Part shown: positions 17,771 through 27,329 of the stretch, piece after piece
Numbering within the stretch: the stretch's first letter is position 1
Layout: each line of letters begins with the position of its first letter
Assembly (NCBI GenBank): GCA_000965745.1
Contig: CP009479.1
Span: 608,001-672,000, forward strand
Source: an uncultured archaeon
Lineage (GTDB): Archaea; Thermoplasmatota; Thermoplasmata; Thermoplasmatales; Thermoplasmataceae
Reading direction: 5' to 3'
Length of the DNA: 64,000 bases
Made by a program: the position numbers and the translations under genes
Notes under the pieces: generated by a model
What the model was told of the DNA's origin: nothing
The model's database searches: none
Seen by the model: only the letters and a program-made list of their open reading frames with translations

Positions 17771-18260
17771 TTTCATGTGCATAATTAGTATGCTTGTGAT
17801 AAATAGGATTATCATGGAGGTTAAGGGTCTTCAGTTTCCTTGTTTGTTTCATTTTGTCCAGCCTTTCTAACAGAATTGCGCGTCTCCCTGGTCCACAGGT
17901 AAACAAGTACGAACACAGTTATTGAGGGCACTATTAAGCCAATAATCCCTGTTTAATTGATCATAATTCAGGTCGAATTCATGCCCGCATTTTTGGCACT
18001 TCAAATGATGCTCCTAGCCCATGCTAATTCCTCTGGTGGATCATATGAAATAAGAATATATATCTCAACAGAAGATCCATAGGCTCCCTACACCATTTTA
18101 AGATTATTCTCCTTTCTATGGGGTACTGACCTCTTCAAGGTACCATCGGGTTTATGCCATGGAAATAGACCGTTATCTTGAGGATTCAGCAATTTTGGAG
18201 TGGGGTGAGCATAAGCTTCTATATAAAAAAACTTTATACTATCGTTTACCATAGATAACT

Positions 18261-18482
18261 GTGACAATTACAACAATACAGATAAAGGAAGAGACCAAGA
18301 AGACATTGCAGTCCATGAAATTACATCCAAGAGAGACTTACGAGGAAGTGATAGAAAGGATGCTGGAGGACCTTCGCGAACTTAATGAAGAAACCATAGC
18401 AGATATCGAGGAAGCTAGAAAGGAAATTGAATCCGGTAAATTCGTCACGCATGAGCAATTGAAAAAGGACCTTGGCCTCTGA
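18261..18482 (+). CDS. Antitoxin (archaeal RelB-like)
   Basis: TTIQIKEETKKTL...ETYEEVIERML...EIESGKFVTHEQLKKDLGL; coupled to relE. Confidence 0.85.
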   Translation: MTITTIQIKEETKKTLQSMKLHPRETYEEVIERMLEDLRELNEETIADIEEARKEIESGKFVTHEQLKKDLGL

Positions 18483-18736
18483 TGGAATACGAAATAATCT
18501 GGTCAATCAAGGCAGCAGGTCAGATGAGAAGTCTTGATAGGTCCGTTGCCAAAAGAATTCATGAAAAAGTGGACCAGCTTTATCAAAACCCGGAAAGATT
18601 TGTTGAGAAACTCGTCAGGTATCCTTATTACAGGCTTAGGGTGGGAGATTATCGTGTGATTCTTGACATCAAACATGAATCTGTTAGAATATTGATCCTA
18701 AAGGTAGGACCCAGAAGTAAAATATACGAGCGATAG
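18482..18736 (+). CDS. relE: RelE/StbE family toxin
   Basis: YRLRVGDYRVI...ILKVGPRSKIY. Confidence 0.9.
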   Translation: MEYEIIWSIKAAGQMRSLDRSVAKRIHEKVDQLYQNPERFVEKLVRYPYYRLRVGDYRVILDIKHESVRILILKVGPRSKIYER

Positions 18737-18750
18737 TAGAATCAGAATGG

Positions 18751-18788
18751 TATTCCCTTAAAACATTAATCAAATCCTGACCGGTCCA
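18751..18788 (+). repeat. att-like 38-bp site, copy 3
   Basis: TATTCCCTTAAAACATTAATCAAATCCTGACCGGTCCA (3 mismatches to copy 1). Confidence 0.85.
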
Positions 18789-18889
18789 TAATCCTATGAG
18801 CCCGAGTCTCAAGCATATGTTGACATAAATCCACAGATTAAGTTGAAAAGATTTAAAATATCCTCTTTTTCTAATCCCACTAGAGTTGG

Positions 18890-19360
18890 ATGGACCATCT
18901 GAATAAGATTATAGAGGAAGCTTGGAATCAACGGGACACCCCTGAAGTGTTTCTAAAGAAATTCCAGGAAGTATTCGAAGATTACAGCGAAAATGCTGTG
19001 TACTTGTTCGAATATGCAAGTGCTTTGGATTTCCTGGGGAAGGAGACTGAGGCAATTCCTCTATATCAAAGGGCCATAAAGATAGGGCTTTCAGGAAAAA
19101 TGAAAACTCAGGCTGAAATACAGTTGGGAAGTTCACTCAGTGTCACGGGCGAAAATGAAAGTGCCATATCTATCCTGAGCAGAGTACAGAAGGAAACGGG
19201 GGATCCTGCCGCCCTGTCATTCCTGTGCATTGCTCTGATCAGATCTGGAGAAACTAAGAAGTCGCTCAAGACTGCTCTCAATTTTATTCTGTCAAGCAAT
19301 CAGGGTCTATTGCCTGAATATGAGAGACCCCTTTCACAGTACCTTGATGAAATCGGTTGA
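18890..19360 (+). CDS. Tetratricopeptide repeat protein
   Basis: FEYASALDFLGKETEAIPLYQRAI, IQLGSSLSVTG. Confidence 0.8.
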   Translation: MDHLNKIIEEAWNQRDTPEVFLKKFQEVFEDYSENAVYLFEYASALDFLGKETEAIPLYQRAIKIGLSGKMKTQAEIQLGSSLSVTGENESAISILSRVQKETGDPAALSFLCIALIRSGETKKSLKTALNFILSSNQGLLPEYERPLSQYLDEIG

Positions 19361-19447
19361 TTTCTGATTCCGTCCGCCCATTCTGGCATATTGTAGCCAT
19401 TCATTTAGAGAAGTGCCAACAAATGACTTGTAAGACCGACGCAAAAA

Positions 19448-20350
19448 TCATCCTCTACCCTTTACTTCGCGATAAAGGTTTATGGATGCCGGGCTTGTTT
19501 TCCACATTTTGTTCAAGCGTATTCCTGGAAGTTCTCCCTGTTTAATTCTCAGTGCCAGGTATTTCGACGAGTAATCTGTACCGGAGGCTTCTCTTGCCTC
19601 TTTCAGGGTCAATAGGTTATCCTCTTCGGAACCCACCTTGTCGAGAACAAAGACAAGTGATCTTGCCATATTTGTTTCCAGAAACTCTGTTAATTTGCTC
19701 ACACCTTTACCATGAGCAGCCTCAAGCGCATCCAGATAAGAACCTCTGTCGTTAGGGAGAATGTGAATCAACGGCCAGTTGTGATTGAGGAAGTGTATAT
19801 TCAGCAGCAGTCTTCCGACTCTTCCATTTCCATCTGAAAAGGGATGGATTGACTCGAAACCGATGTGCATCTCTGCAGCCTGTGCGAAGATATCTTCACG
19901 CCCCATATCCATTGCCGCATAGTGCTTTTCCCATTCCCGAAGCAGTGAAATGAGCTTTTCAACTCTTGGGGGTGAATATCTTGAACCTGATATTCTGACA
20001 TTGACTTTCCTCCACTGACCTGCGTCAATAAGTATCCCATAAAAAATATGTCGGTGCAAATCCAATGCACTTTTCATGCTAACTTCACATATTCTTCCAC
20101 TTACAATTTCTGCCAAAGCGGATCGATGCTGGATAGTTTCAAGCAGATCTCTCACTGGGCGATCAGGAATAGTCATTCCACTTTCAATTACTCTGGTCAC
20201 TTCATCCAGGGTTAGAGTGTTACCCTCTATGGCATTAGTTCCCCAGGTATTGAGTATGAACGATTCTTGAAGGGTCTTCTCTGGCATATTGCGTAATGAG
20301 CCTCGATCCAACATCCTTTCCCTGAGTCTATTTAGTATGTGTCTATCCAT
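19448..20350 (-). CDS. Fic family protein with C-terminal HTH
   Basis: TNAIEGNTLT, HPFSDGNGRVGR. Likely start is the ATG at 20350. Confidence 0.9.
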   Translation of the reverse strand: MDRHILNRLRERMLDRGSLRNMPEKTLQESFILNTWGTNAIEGNTLTLDEVTRVIESGMTIPDRPVRDLLETIQHRSALAEIVSGRICEVSMKSALDLHRHIFYGILIDAGQWRKVNVRISGSRYSPPRVEKLISLLREWEKHYAAMDMGREDIFAQAAEMHIGFESIHPFSDGNGRVGRLLLNIHFLNHNWPLIHILPNDRGSYLDALEAAHGKGVSKLTEFLETNMARSLVFVLDKVGSEEDNLLTLKEAREASGTDYSSKYLALRIKQGELPGIRLNKMWKTSPASINLYREVKGRG

Positions 20351-20437
20351 TATCGATACAAATATACATATTAGATATTTAAACATATATGGAAAACTCA
20401 AATAATCTTATTAACTCCATATTAACCATCATTTTAA

Positions 20438-20707
20438 CAAAATTGAGCGGGAAATCCCCTTCCGAAAGGGAGGGAATGAAAGTGAACCTATCTGTATCAC
20501 AAACAGATGTAATTCCTGTTCGCTGGCAGACAGAAGTGAAAGTGGTCGGATAGCATATTGCTCCATGCATGCCTGCGTCCGTAAAGTCAGGTGGCTGAGC
20601 ATGGAGGACATAGTACCTTCGGGCCAAGGGGAATTCAAGCCTGTGGAGATTCCGCCAGCAACCTTTGAAGCAGGAAGCTCCCTGTGAAAGCTGGGAGAGG
20701 AGGTCAC
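20438..20707 (+). mobile_element. Non-autonomous IS200/IS605-derived mini-element, copy 1 (diverged)
   Basis: Preceded by TTTAA. LE CAAAATTGAGCG + hairpin; RE GAAGCAGGAAGCTCCC...GGGAGAGGAGGTCAC. Homologous to the copies at 50822 and 55592. Confidence 0.8.
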
Positions 20708-20720
20708 ATAGTTTCAAAGC

Positions 20721-21227
20721 TCAATCCAATGAAATCCTTTCCATCTCGTTTCCATTTACTGTTAGAAGCCCCTTAACCTCACAGGCTTTCGACAGTGTGT
20801 TGGTAACATAGCAGTCGGAGGCAGAAACTGATGCCAATTCCCTGATTTTCTCGACGTTTTCAGGCGATCTGATGTCAACGAAATATACTATCTCAGAGAA
20901 AGATCTTGGCCTGCTTACGCTGAATTTTCCCTCAACCCCTATGGTGAGGTGATCGATTACCAGATCTTTGGAGCCCGCGTGTTCTCCGTAGTGTATCATC
21001 TGGCACATGGCAAGGCTTGATACAAAATAAGCGAGAGGACTGGGCCCATTTTCATCTGATACCCAGGAAAATTCCTGATTGCCAGGACTGGCTCTGGAAA
21101 ATAGATTGTTACCCTTGCTCACTGTGACACTGACATTTGAAAAAACATCTCCTTTCTTATCAAATTTTGAGAATTTTTCCATCCTTTCCTTCATTCTCTG
21201 TTTGAAGTCTCCGTCAAACTGTACCAT
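20721..21227 (-). CDS. OsmC-like protein
   Basis: GPSPLAYFVSSLAMC...DCYVTNTL. Confidence 0.8.
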   Translation of the reverse strand: MVQFDGDFKQRMKERMEKFSKFDKKGDVFSNVSVTVSKGNNLFSRASPGNQEFSWVSDENGPSPLAYFVSSLAMCQMIHYGEHAGSKDLVIDHLTIGVEGKFSVSRPRSFSEIVYFVDIRSPENVEKIRELASVSASDCYVTNTLSKACEVKGLLTVNGNEMERISLD

Positions 21228-21296
21228 GCCACTGAAATTTGGATTGGTTCTTAATTCCTCACCGTCAACCGTTGACGCAAGCCGGCCTTTTTGGTC

Positions 21297-21983
21297 TCAA
21301 ACAGTAACAATCCTGCCAAGGGCTGTTATCTCTACTTCCATTCTTCCCCTGGCCTTTCTGTTTACGGACACAAGCCCAAGATCGATGAGACCCTGAGAAT
21401 CGTCAGTGCCATTCATGTGCCTGCTGATAAGGGATTTTTCAAGCCCCGTTAATTCCGAGAGCTGCTCAAGGCTATCCACCTTGCCTTTCATCCTTGACAG
21501 TGCACTTAATATAGAAAGCTTGGTCTCAGACAATATCTTCTGGTATCCCAGCTTCATGATGGGCAGCATATGCACACCCGATTGATCCACCCAGAAAGCT
21601 CTTATGCCAAAAATAAAAGCAGAGGAAATGGCGGTGCACGACAGGAGTTTCCCTCCTTCGGTAACATTCATGAAAATGTCCTCATACTCCTGGCTATGCT
21701 CCTTATACACTGATTTTACGGCGTCGAGGACCTCATTGAGTTCCCCCGATTCTATCATCACCTCATCAACCTGGGCCATAAGGGCTCCTGAGACCTGCTC
21801 CATAAAACCATTGAACGGAACGTCATTCACGGGGATGCTTTTCCCATGGACCCGTTCGTGAATTATTACAATCTTGTCCAGAGGAAGATGCCTTATTCCG
21901 GATCTTATCCCTGTATAAGACTGCCCGTCTGTATATATGGCGATCTGAAGGGTCTTTTTCTGTAAGCCGGCCTCATCTGCCAT
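21297..21983 (-). CDS. CARF + wHTH transcriptional regulator (Csa3/DUF6293-like)
   Basis: N-terminal Rossmann-like fold, FMNVTEGGKLLS motif, C-terminal SLEQLSELTGLEKSLISRH...LIDLGLV...ITALG. Confidence 0.7.
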   Translation of the reverse strand: MADEAGLQKKTLQIAIYTDGQSYTGIRSGIRHLPLDKIVIIHERVHGKSIPVNDVPFNGFMEQVSGALMAQVDEVMIESGELNEVLDAVKSVYKEHSQEYEDIFMNVTEGGKLLSCTAISSAFIFGIRAFWVDQSGVHMLPIMKLGYQKILSETKLSILSALSRMKGKVDSLEQLSELTGLEKSLISRHMNGTDDSQGLIDLGLVSVNRKARGRMEVEITALGRIVTV

Positions 21984-22223
21984 GGTTCTTAGGAAGCAAT
22001 CAGTGTTTATAGACATGTGTTCGCATCAAGGGAGGTAATACTAACTTTCCCCAGCAACCGTTGGTGGGTAATTTATTCTATCTTAGGTATGCATATCCAG
22101 CGTGTATTGACAAGAGAAGTCTTCCGGCTTAACACTTATTTTGAATCCCGTTACGACTTCATATTAGCAACCGTTGACGGAATTGGCTTATATATACTTC
22201 CAAAATCTGAAAATCAGATAAAA

Positions 22224-22820
22224 ATGACAGAAAACAGATGTGATGTGTGCGGTATGTCCTTTGGCTCGAAAGAGAGCCTGATGGAACATGCAAAAATGCA
22301 CATGGGATCGGGAAATACAAGAACGGGACCAGGGAAGCTGACAACAAGGGGTGTAATAACCTCATCCGTGGTTGGAGGAATTCTTGGTGGAATAGTAATG
22401 CTCATAGTCCTAATGGTTGGTGCAATGGGAATGGGGCTTTCGGCCACAACTTTTGCAATGGTTATGGGCATGGGCCTTGGCGCTTCAATGGGAGCGGCGA
22501 CGGCTGTTGGAGTAGTCAGCCATTTTGTTGTTGCAATAGTGGCAGGAGGCATATTTGGGGCAATCGTTTCATTTGTGAAACCTCTTGGCCTTAAAACAGC
22601 AGGTAGAGCACCTATTCTGGGTTTAGTGTTTGGCATAGTAATGTTCCTGGTGTTCTTCCTTCCAATGGCGATGGCGGTATTTGCACCTGTAATGATGCAC
22701 CTGATGGATCCAAAGGCTGCAATGATGCTACCAGATGTACTGGTGACAGGATTCATAGGTCACATCCTGTTCGGTCTCGTACTTGGAACAGTGGCATTTT
22801 ACTTTGGAAGAAAATTTTAA
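22224..22820 (+). CDS. C2H2 Zn finger + Met/Gly-rich multi-pass membrane protein
   Basis: CDVCGMSFGSKESLMEHAKMH, then about four hydrophobic helices with intramembrane His. Likely start is the ATG at 22224. Confidence 0.75.
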   Translation: MTENRCDVCGMSFGSKESLMEHAKMHMGSGNTRTGPGKLTTRGVITSSVVGGILGGIVMLIVLMVGAMGMGLSATTFAMVMGMGLGASMGAATAVGVVSHFVVAIVAGGIFGAIVSFVKPLGLKTAGRAPILGLVFGIVMFLVFFLPMAMAVFAPVMMHLMDPKAAMMLPDVLVTGFIGHILFGLVLGTVAFYFGRKF

Positions 22821-22863
22821 ATTATCAAACATAATTTTTTAATATTTAAAATAAAGATCATGA

Positions 22864-24225
22864 GTGATTGAAATGACAGCAAAATACGACTTAATAATCA
22901 TAGGATCAGGATCAGCTTCCACTACCACAGCGTTCAGGGCACTGAAAGCAGGAAAGAAAATTGCAGTGATAGACCAGAAGCCAATCGGAGGAACATGCGC
23001 CCTCAGGGGATGTGATCCCAAAAAGGTCATGGTAGGTGTTACCGATTCCCTGGAGCATGCAAAACGACTCCAGGGATACGGCATATCTGATTTTAAGGGA
23101 GAACTCAACTGGGACGAGCTCATGAAGTTCAAGAGCTCCTTTACCGAGCCAATGTCCAAGAAAATAGAGGAAAGCCTCGTTAAAAGTGGTATTGATGTGC
23201 ACAGAGGGAGGGCGAAATTTATCAAGCCTGATACGCTCGAAGTTGAAGGAAAACCACTGGAAGCCGAAAAATTCCTGATATCCTCAGGAGTGAAGGCAGC
23301 AACTCTCAATTTTCCTGGTTCAGAGTACCTGATAGATAATGAGGAGTTTCTGAACCTTCCCTCACTGCCGAAGAACCTGGTGTTCATCGGCGGGGGATAC
23401 ATTTCGGTTGAATTCGCCAGTATAGCAAGAAAAGCTGGCTCGGAGGCAACTATAATACAGCACTCAGACAGGATACTGGTCAACTTTGACAAAGAAGTTG
23501 CTGAAGTCCTTTCCAAGCAGTTGAAAGATTCGGGTATAAGGACTCTGACAAGCAGCTCAGTGAAGGAGATACAGAAGTCAGGGGGCAAATATGAAATACG
23601 CCTTGCAAAGGACGGAAAGGAGCATTCCATTACAGCAGATCTTGTTGTTCATGGTGCGGGCAGAGAATTTGATTCAGACATGGGACTTGAAGTTGGACAG
23701 GTGAAATGGTCCAGAAAAGGAGTGGCAGTAAATGAATATCTCCAGAGTGTGTCGAATCCCAGGGTTTATGCTGCTGGAGATTCCGCTGATACTTCAGGAC
23801 CAAAGCTGACACCGATTGCGGTTATGGAAGGCAACATAGCAGCAGAGAACATCATAAACGGAAATTCCGTGAAGGCAAATTACACAGGGATTCCTACGTC
23901 CGTCTTCTCCTCTCCGCCATTGGCAATGGTTGGAATCACTGAGGAGGGTGCTTCCAGGAAAGGTATTAAGACAACTGTGAAAAAAGGGGAGATGACATCC
24001 TGGTATAATTCCAGGAGGAGAATGGTGCCAAGTTCATTCTATAAGATCATCATGAATGAGGACTCCAGCAAAATTCTGGGTGCACACATTCTTGGTGAAA
24101 ATTCAGAGGAAACCATTAATATCTTCGCCCTTGCAATAAGGCTTGGCATCGATGTGAAAACACTACTCTCGATACCTTACACCTATCCATCGGATACGAA
24201 CGACATTAGATACATGATCGGGTAA
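22864..24225 (+). CDS. Pyridine nucleotide-disulfide oxidoreductase (glutathione reductase-like)
   Basis: GSGSAS, GGTCALRGCDPKK, GGGYI, YAAGD. Confidence 0.9.
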   Translation: MIEMTAKYDLIIIGSGSASTTTAFRALKAGKKIAVIDQKPIGGTCALRGCDPKKVMVGVTDSLEHAKRLQGYGISDFKGELNWDELMKFKSSFTEPMSKKIEESLVKSGIDVHRGRAKFIKPDTLEVEGKPLEAEKFLISSGVKAATLNFPGSEYLIDNEEFLNLPSLPKNLVFIGGGYISVEFASIARKAGSEATIIQHSDRILVNFDKEVAEVLSKQLKDSGIRTLTSSSVKEIQKSGGKYEIRLAKDGKEHSITADLVVHGAGREFDSDMGLEVGQVKWSRKGVAVNEYLQSVSNPRVYAAGDSADTSGPKLTPIAVMEGNIAAENIINGNSVKANYTGIPTSVFSSPPLAMVGITEEGASRKGIKTTVKKGEMTSWYNSRRRMVPSSFYKIIMNEDSSKILGAHILGENSEETINIFALAIRLGIDVKTLLSIPYTYPSDTNDIRYMIG

Positions 24226-24292
24226 ATCCTGCATTCAATATCTATTGCCGAACAACTCCATTTTTTTTGTATTGCGGGAAGTGTGTATTTGA

Positions 24293-24330
24293 TAATAGAT
24301 TAAAATTTTGATCAAATCCCGACCGCCTCT
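24293..24330 (+). repeat. att-like site, copy 4 (degenerate)
   Basis: TAATAGATTAAAATTTTGATCAAATCCCGACCGCCTCT aligns ungapped to copy 1; ATCAAATCCCGACCG is intact. Confidence 0.7.
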
Positions 24331-24339
24331 GAATGTGAT

Positions 24340-24660
24340 TTATTGCAAAGGGGGAAAACCGTACGGGTGTGATTCTCCGTCAGGATATGAAGCGCCCAGT
24401 TTTCTGAAAGCGCCCATTCTGGCTGGAAGTCTGCCCGGATGGCCAAACTGGCACCAGCCGACCATGTCTTTGCTATCGTACACTAGTGCAGAGTGCGGAG
24501 CTTTCCATCCTTGACAAGCTTCTTCTCATACTCCCTGGTGTTTTGGGCAGCCTGTTCATAAATCCCTGGTTTTCGGTGGAAGGAAACACACCAGCAACCA
24601 CCCCAAATCCCGTTGTGCTTTTTCGTGGTTCTGGCCAAATCAGGCCACCATTAATGAGTG
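24340..24660 (-). pseudogene. GNAT acetyltransferase pseudogene
   Basis: Fragments KHNGIWGGCWCVSFH...EKKLVKDG and ALVYDSKDMVGWCQFG lie in different frames. Ends approximate. Confidence 0.6.
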
Positions 24661-24734
24661 AGAACAACTAATTTGCCTTTTCCAAACTAAGGCTCTGAGT
24701 TTGGAATTATATGAAATCTCAACTACAATTGAGG

Positions 24735-25718
24735 TTAAGTTAGCCTAAGATCTACTCCCATCTTCCTCGATAGGTTCGGGAGATCCTGCACAACATAGAA
24801 GAAAGCCATCCAGGACCATTCACCCCATCGTCTCATTCCCTCAGCTTTTACCTTTTCAACCGCCTCCCTGTTGTTCTCCGGCTTCTTACCGAAAAACAGC
24901 TTGCCAAAAACCTCAGCCGACCAGACATCTATGGGGAACCCCCCATGCGGGCTGATTATGTCTGCGGAGTAATCCCCTATTCCCGGCAACCCGATAAGTG
25001 CCTTCCTGGCCTCCCCGGGACTCATTTCCGCGAGTTGCTGCATCGATGGGAATTTCTCCTCTGAAAGCTTTTTTGCAAGTTTTACTATGTGCTTTGCCCT
25101 ATACCCGACTTTGCATTTTCTTGCTAGCTCGCTCTCTTCGATTGAGGAAATTCTTTCCGGAACTGGCCATGCAGAAACCTGTCTGTCATCGAATTCGGCT
25201 GCCTCGCCATAGTTTTGAATGAAAGAAGCCATCATCTCATTGCTTCTCTTAAGAGGGGCCATCTGAAGAAGTATAGCAAGCACAGCCTCAGGGAAAACAG
25301 ATGGTGGAATTCCGTCATGCATTCCATAAAGGTCGTCCACCGCATGCTTCAGTATGTCGTCCTTCCTTGCCATTTCATAAAATCCGCTAAGGTCCTGCTC
25401 TGCCCCCAGGGCTTCCTTGATAACATCAATAAGGAATTTCGTATGAGATATAGCCAGTTCTTCAATGGAAAATACCTGCACACTCACCACCGGGTTGCTG
25501 ATATTTCCCTCCGACCACATTTTAACCCCAATCAGGGTGGAAGAAACCTTGGTGGCTGACCACAGTGTACCGTTCTCGAATATTTCGAAGGGCGTAAAGA
25601 ATGACCATCCTGCAGGATTCTTTACTGTAAGGCTGAAATCAAAAGGTGCTGTCGGTTTCAGTGAGAACTCAAAAATGTGGGAAAGAGGCGTCACAACTAA
25701 GGAGATGTTGTACTCCAT
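24735..25718 (-). CDS. HhH-GPD superfamily DNA glycosylase (AlkA/Ogg-like)
   Basis: KVGYRAKHI, LIGLPGIGDYSADII, FPIDVW. Confidence 0.85.
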   Translation of the reverse strand: MEYNISLVVTPLSHIFEFSLKPTAPFDFSLTVKNPAGWSFFTPFEIFENGTLWSATKVSSTLIGVKMWSEGNISNPVVSVQVFSIEELAISHTKFLIDVIKEALGAEQDLSGFYEMARKDDILKHAVDDLYGMHDGIPPSVFPEAVLAILLQMAPLKRSNEMMASFIQNYGEAAEFDDRQVSAWPVPERISSIEESELARKCKVGYRAKHIVKLAKKLSEEKFPSMQQLAEMSPGEARKALIGLPGIGDYSADIISPHGGFPIDVWSAEVFGKLFFGKKPENNREAVEKVKAEGMRRWGEWSWMAFFYVVQDLPNLSRKMGVDLRLT

Positions 25719-25795
25719 TGTATTGTTTTTGCTACTCCGCTTGAATGTGCCTGTTCATCGTGCTTGATGGTTCGGGCCATTTCTACCATACTGTC

Positions 25796-26201
25796 TTATT
25801 GCTCCTGGGACATCAGCATCCACCTGATTCCGTAACGATCATCCAGCATAGCGTAGAATCCGCCCCAAAACGGTTTCTCTACAGGCGTTATCACTTCCCT
25901 CCCTCTGAAAGGGTTTCTAAAAGGTTCCTCATTGTTTTCTCATCTTCATACTCGTTACTGATAGAGATCACACTGCAAGACCAAGCTTGTAAGAGGCGAA
26001 TGTATCCATTGCAAACAGCTCAAGATCACCGTTTTTCAGGCTTGAATGTATTATATTCTTCATATCAGGCGGTACCTCTTCCTCCATCGGCGACCCACCT
26101 GCCATCATTGTGTTAAGTACTCCCCCAAAGCAGTTTTTTTAGAAGTCCATGGCCTCTTCGCATGTGCCGCCAAAAGTCAGATGTGGAACTAATTCCTTCA
26201 T
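25796..26201 (-). pseudogene. VOC/PhnB-like pseudogene
   Basis: MKELVPHLTFGGTCEEAMDF*KNCFGG...IIHSSL...PFWGGFYAMLDDRYGIRWML, with an in-frame stop and frameshifts. Confidence 0.7.
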
Positions 26202-26299
26202 ATAAAACCAAGTTCAATTCGTACATATAGTATATTTTAACAGTAATTCTCATCAGTGAAAGTTGAGTTTTATAGCCACCCGGTCCATGATTTTTATGC

Positions 26300-27178
26300 A
26301 TGAGAAAATTTTCAGTTTCGAGTGGTTCACGCAAATTAAATGCCCTGGAAACCGGTGCTTCCAGAGGAATCCCTGTTTTCTTTCTTCATCCGGCTCCAGG
26401 CTCAAGAGTCATGTATAAACCCCAGGTTGATAACGCAAATAATACCGGTGTAAGGCTTATCAGTTACAGCAGGCCTGGTTATGGAGGTTCGGAAAGGGAG
26501 GAGGGGAGAAATATTTCAGGCGCGGCAGAGGATGTTCTGGCAATAGCGGACGATCTTGGCATTGAGAGGTTTGGTGTCATAGGATATGCAGAAGGAGCGC
26601 CGCACGCACTCTCCTGCGCTGCCAGAGAACCTGAACGTGTAGTTGCAATTTCAGCAATTTCGGGATACGCCCCCTTCAATGCTGAAGGCTTTGATTTCTT
26701 TGCAGGAATGGGTGATTATGCCACAAAGGATTTCAATATGCTTCTAAATAAAGATCAGAAATGGGAGGAGAGCAATCTCCAGGCAGTTGAGACGCTCAGG
26801 CAATCCACAAGGGATCGGTTGGTGCAACTCATAGGTTCCATGTATTCGGAGGCGGATGCCAAGGCTGTTTCAGATGATCTCGTAGATTTTATGATCGACA
26901 GCGTCCTAGATGGCTGCTCTGAAGGTATAGACGGTGTCAGGGAGGATAGGCTGGCCCTTACCAGGCTATGGGGTTTTGATGTGGGTTCAATCAGGGTCCC
27001 CACACAAATATGGCATGGAGAACAGGATACAGTTGTTCCAATACAGCACAGCCAATGGCTGGCCTCAGAAATTCCAGGCGCCGAAGTCCACCTAGAAGGA
27101 GATGAGGGGCACCTGTCAACATTTGTCAACAACATTAATGATGTCCAGCAATGGATAAGATCAGAGTTTGAAAAATAG
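26300..27178 (+). CDS. Alpha/beta hydrolase fold protein (nucleophile Ser replaced by Ala)
   Basis: HPAPGSR, SRPGYGGS, GYAEGAPHAL, WHGEQDTVVP, EGHLS. Confidence 0.85.
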   Translation: MRKFSVSSGSRKLNALETGASRGIPVFFLHPAPGSRVMYKPQVDNANNTGVRLISYSRPGYGGSEREEGRNISGAAEDVLAIADDLGIERFGVIGYAEGAPHALSCAAREPERVVAISAISGYAPFNAEGFDFFAGMGDYATKDFNMLLNKDQKWEESNLQAVETLRQSTRDRLVQLIGSMYSEADAKAVSDDLVDFMIDSVLDGCSEGIDGVREDRLALTRLWGFDVGSIRVPTQIWHGEQDTVVPIQHSQWLASEIPGAEVHLEGDEGHLSTFVNNINDVQQWIRSEFEK

Positions 27179-27329
27179 ACGGATGAGAATGGACAATAAT
27201 TCAGGGATTTGTGGCTTGGGCCCTTCCCAGCGTCATGCATACGGGGCAAAAGCCATATATTGCGCCTTCAGAATGTTTATTTAATTTTGTTAACTAAAAC
27301 GTTTATAAATTAATAATCATTTTAATTTT

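Noticed and set aside
17771-18260. Minus-strand fragment with KCQKCGHEF
   Set aside because: Interrupted by stops; too short to assign.
22864-24225. Mercuric reductase merA
   Set aside because: No C-terminal Cys-Cys pair and no NmerA domain.
15768-24330. 38-bp repeats as a CRISPR array or classical integron attC sites
   Set aside because: Spacing is 1-5.5 kb with whole genes between, and there are no cas genes. The repeats lack the RYYYAAC/GTTRRRY ends and the long internal palindrome of attC.
26278-26288. Possible fifth att copy (ACCCGGTCCAT)
   Set aside because: Only CCGGTCCA (8 bp) matches; no arm or T-loop. Could be chance.
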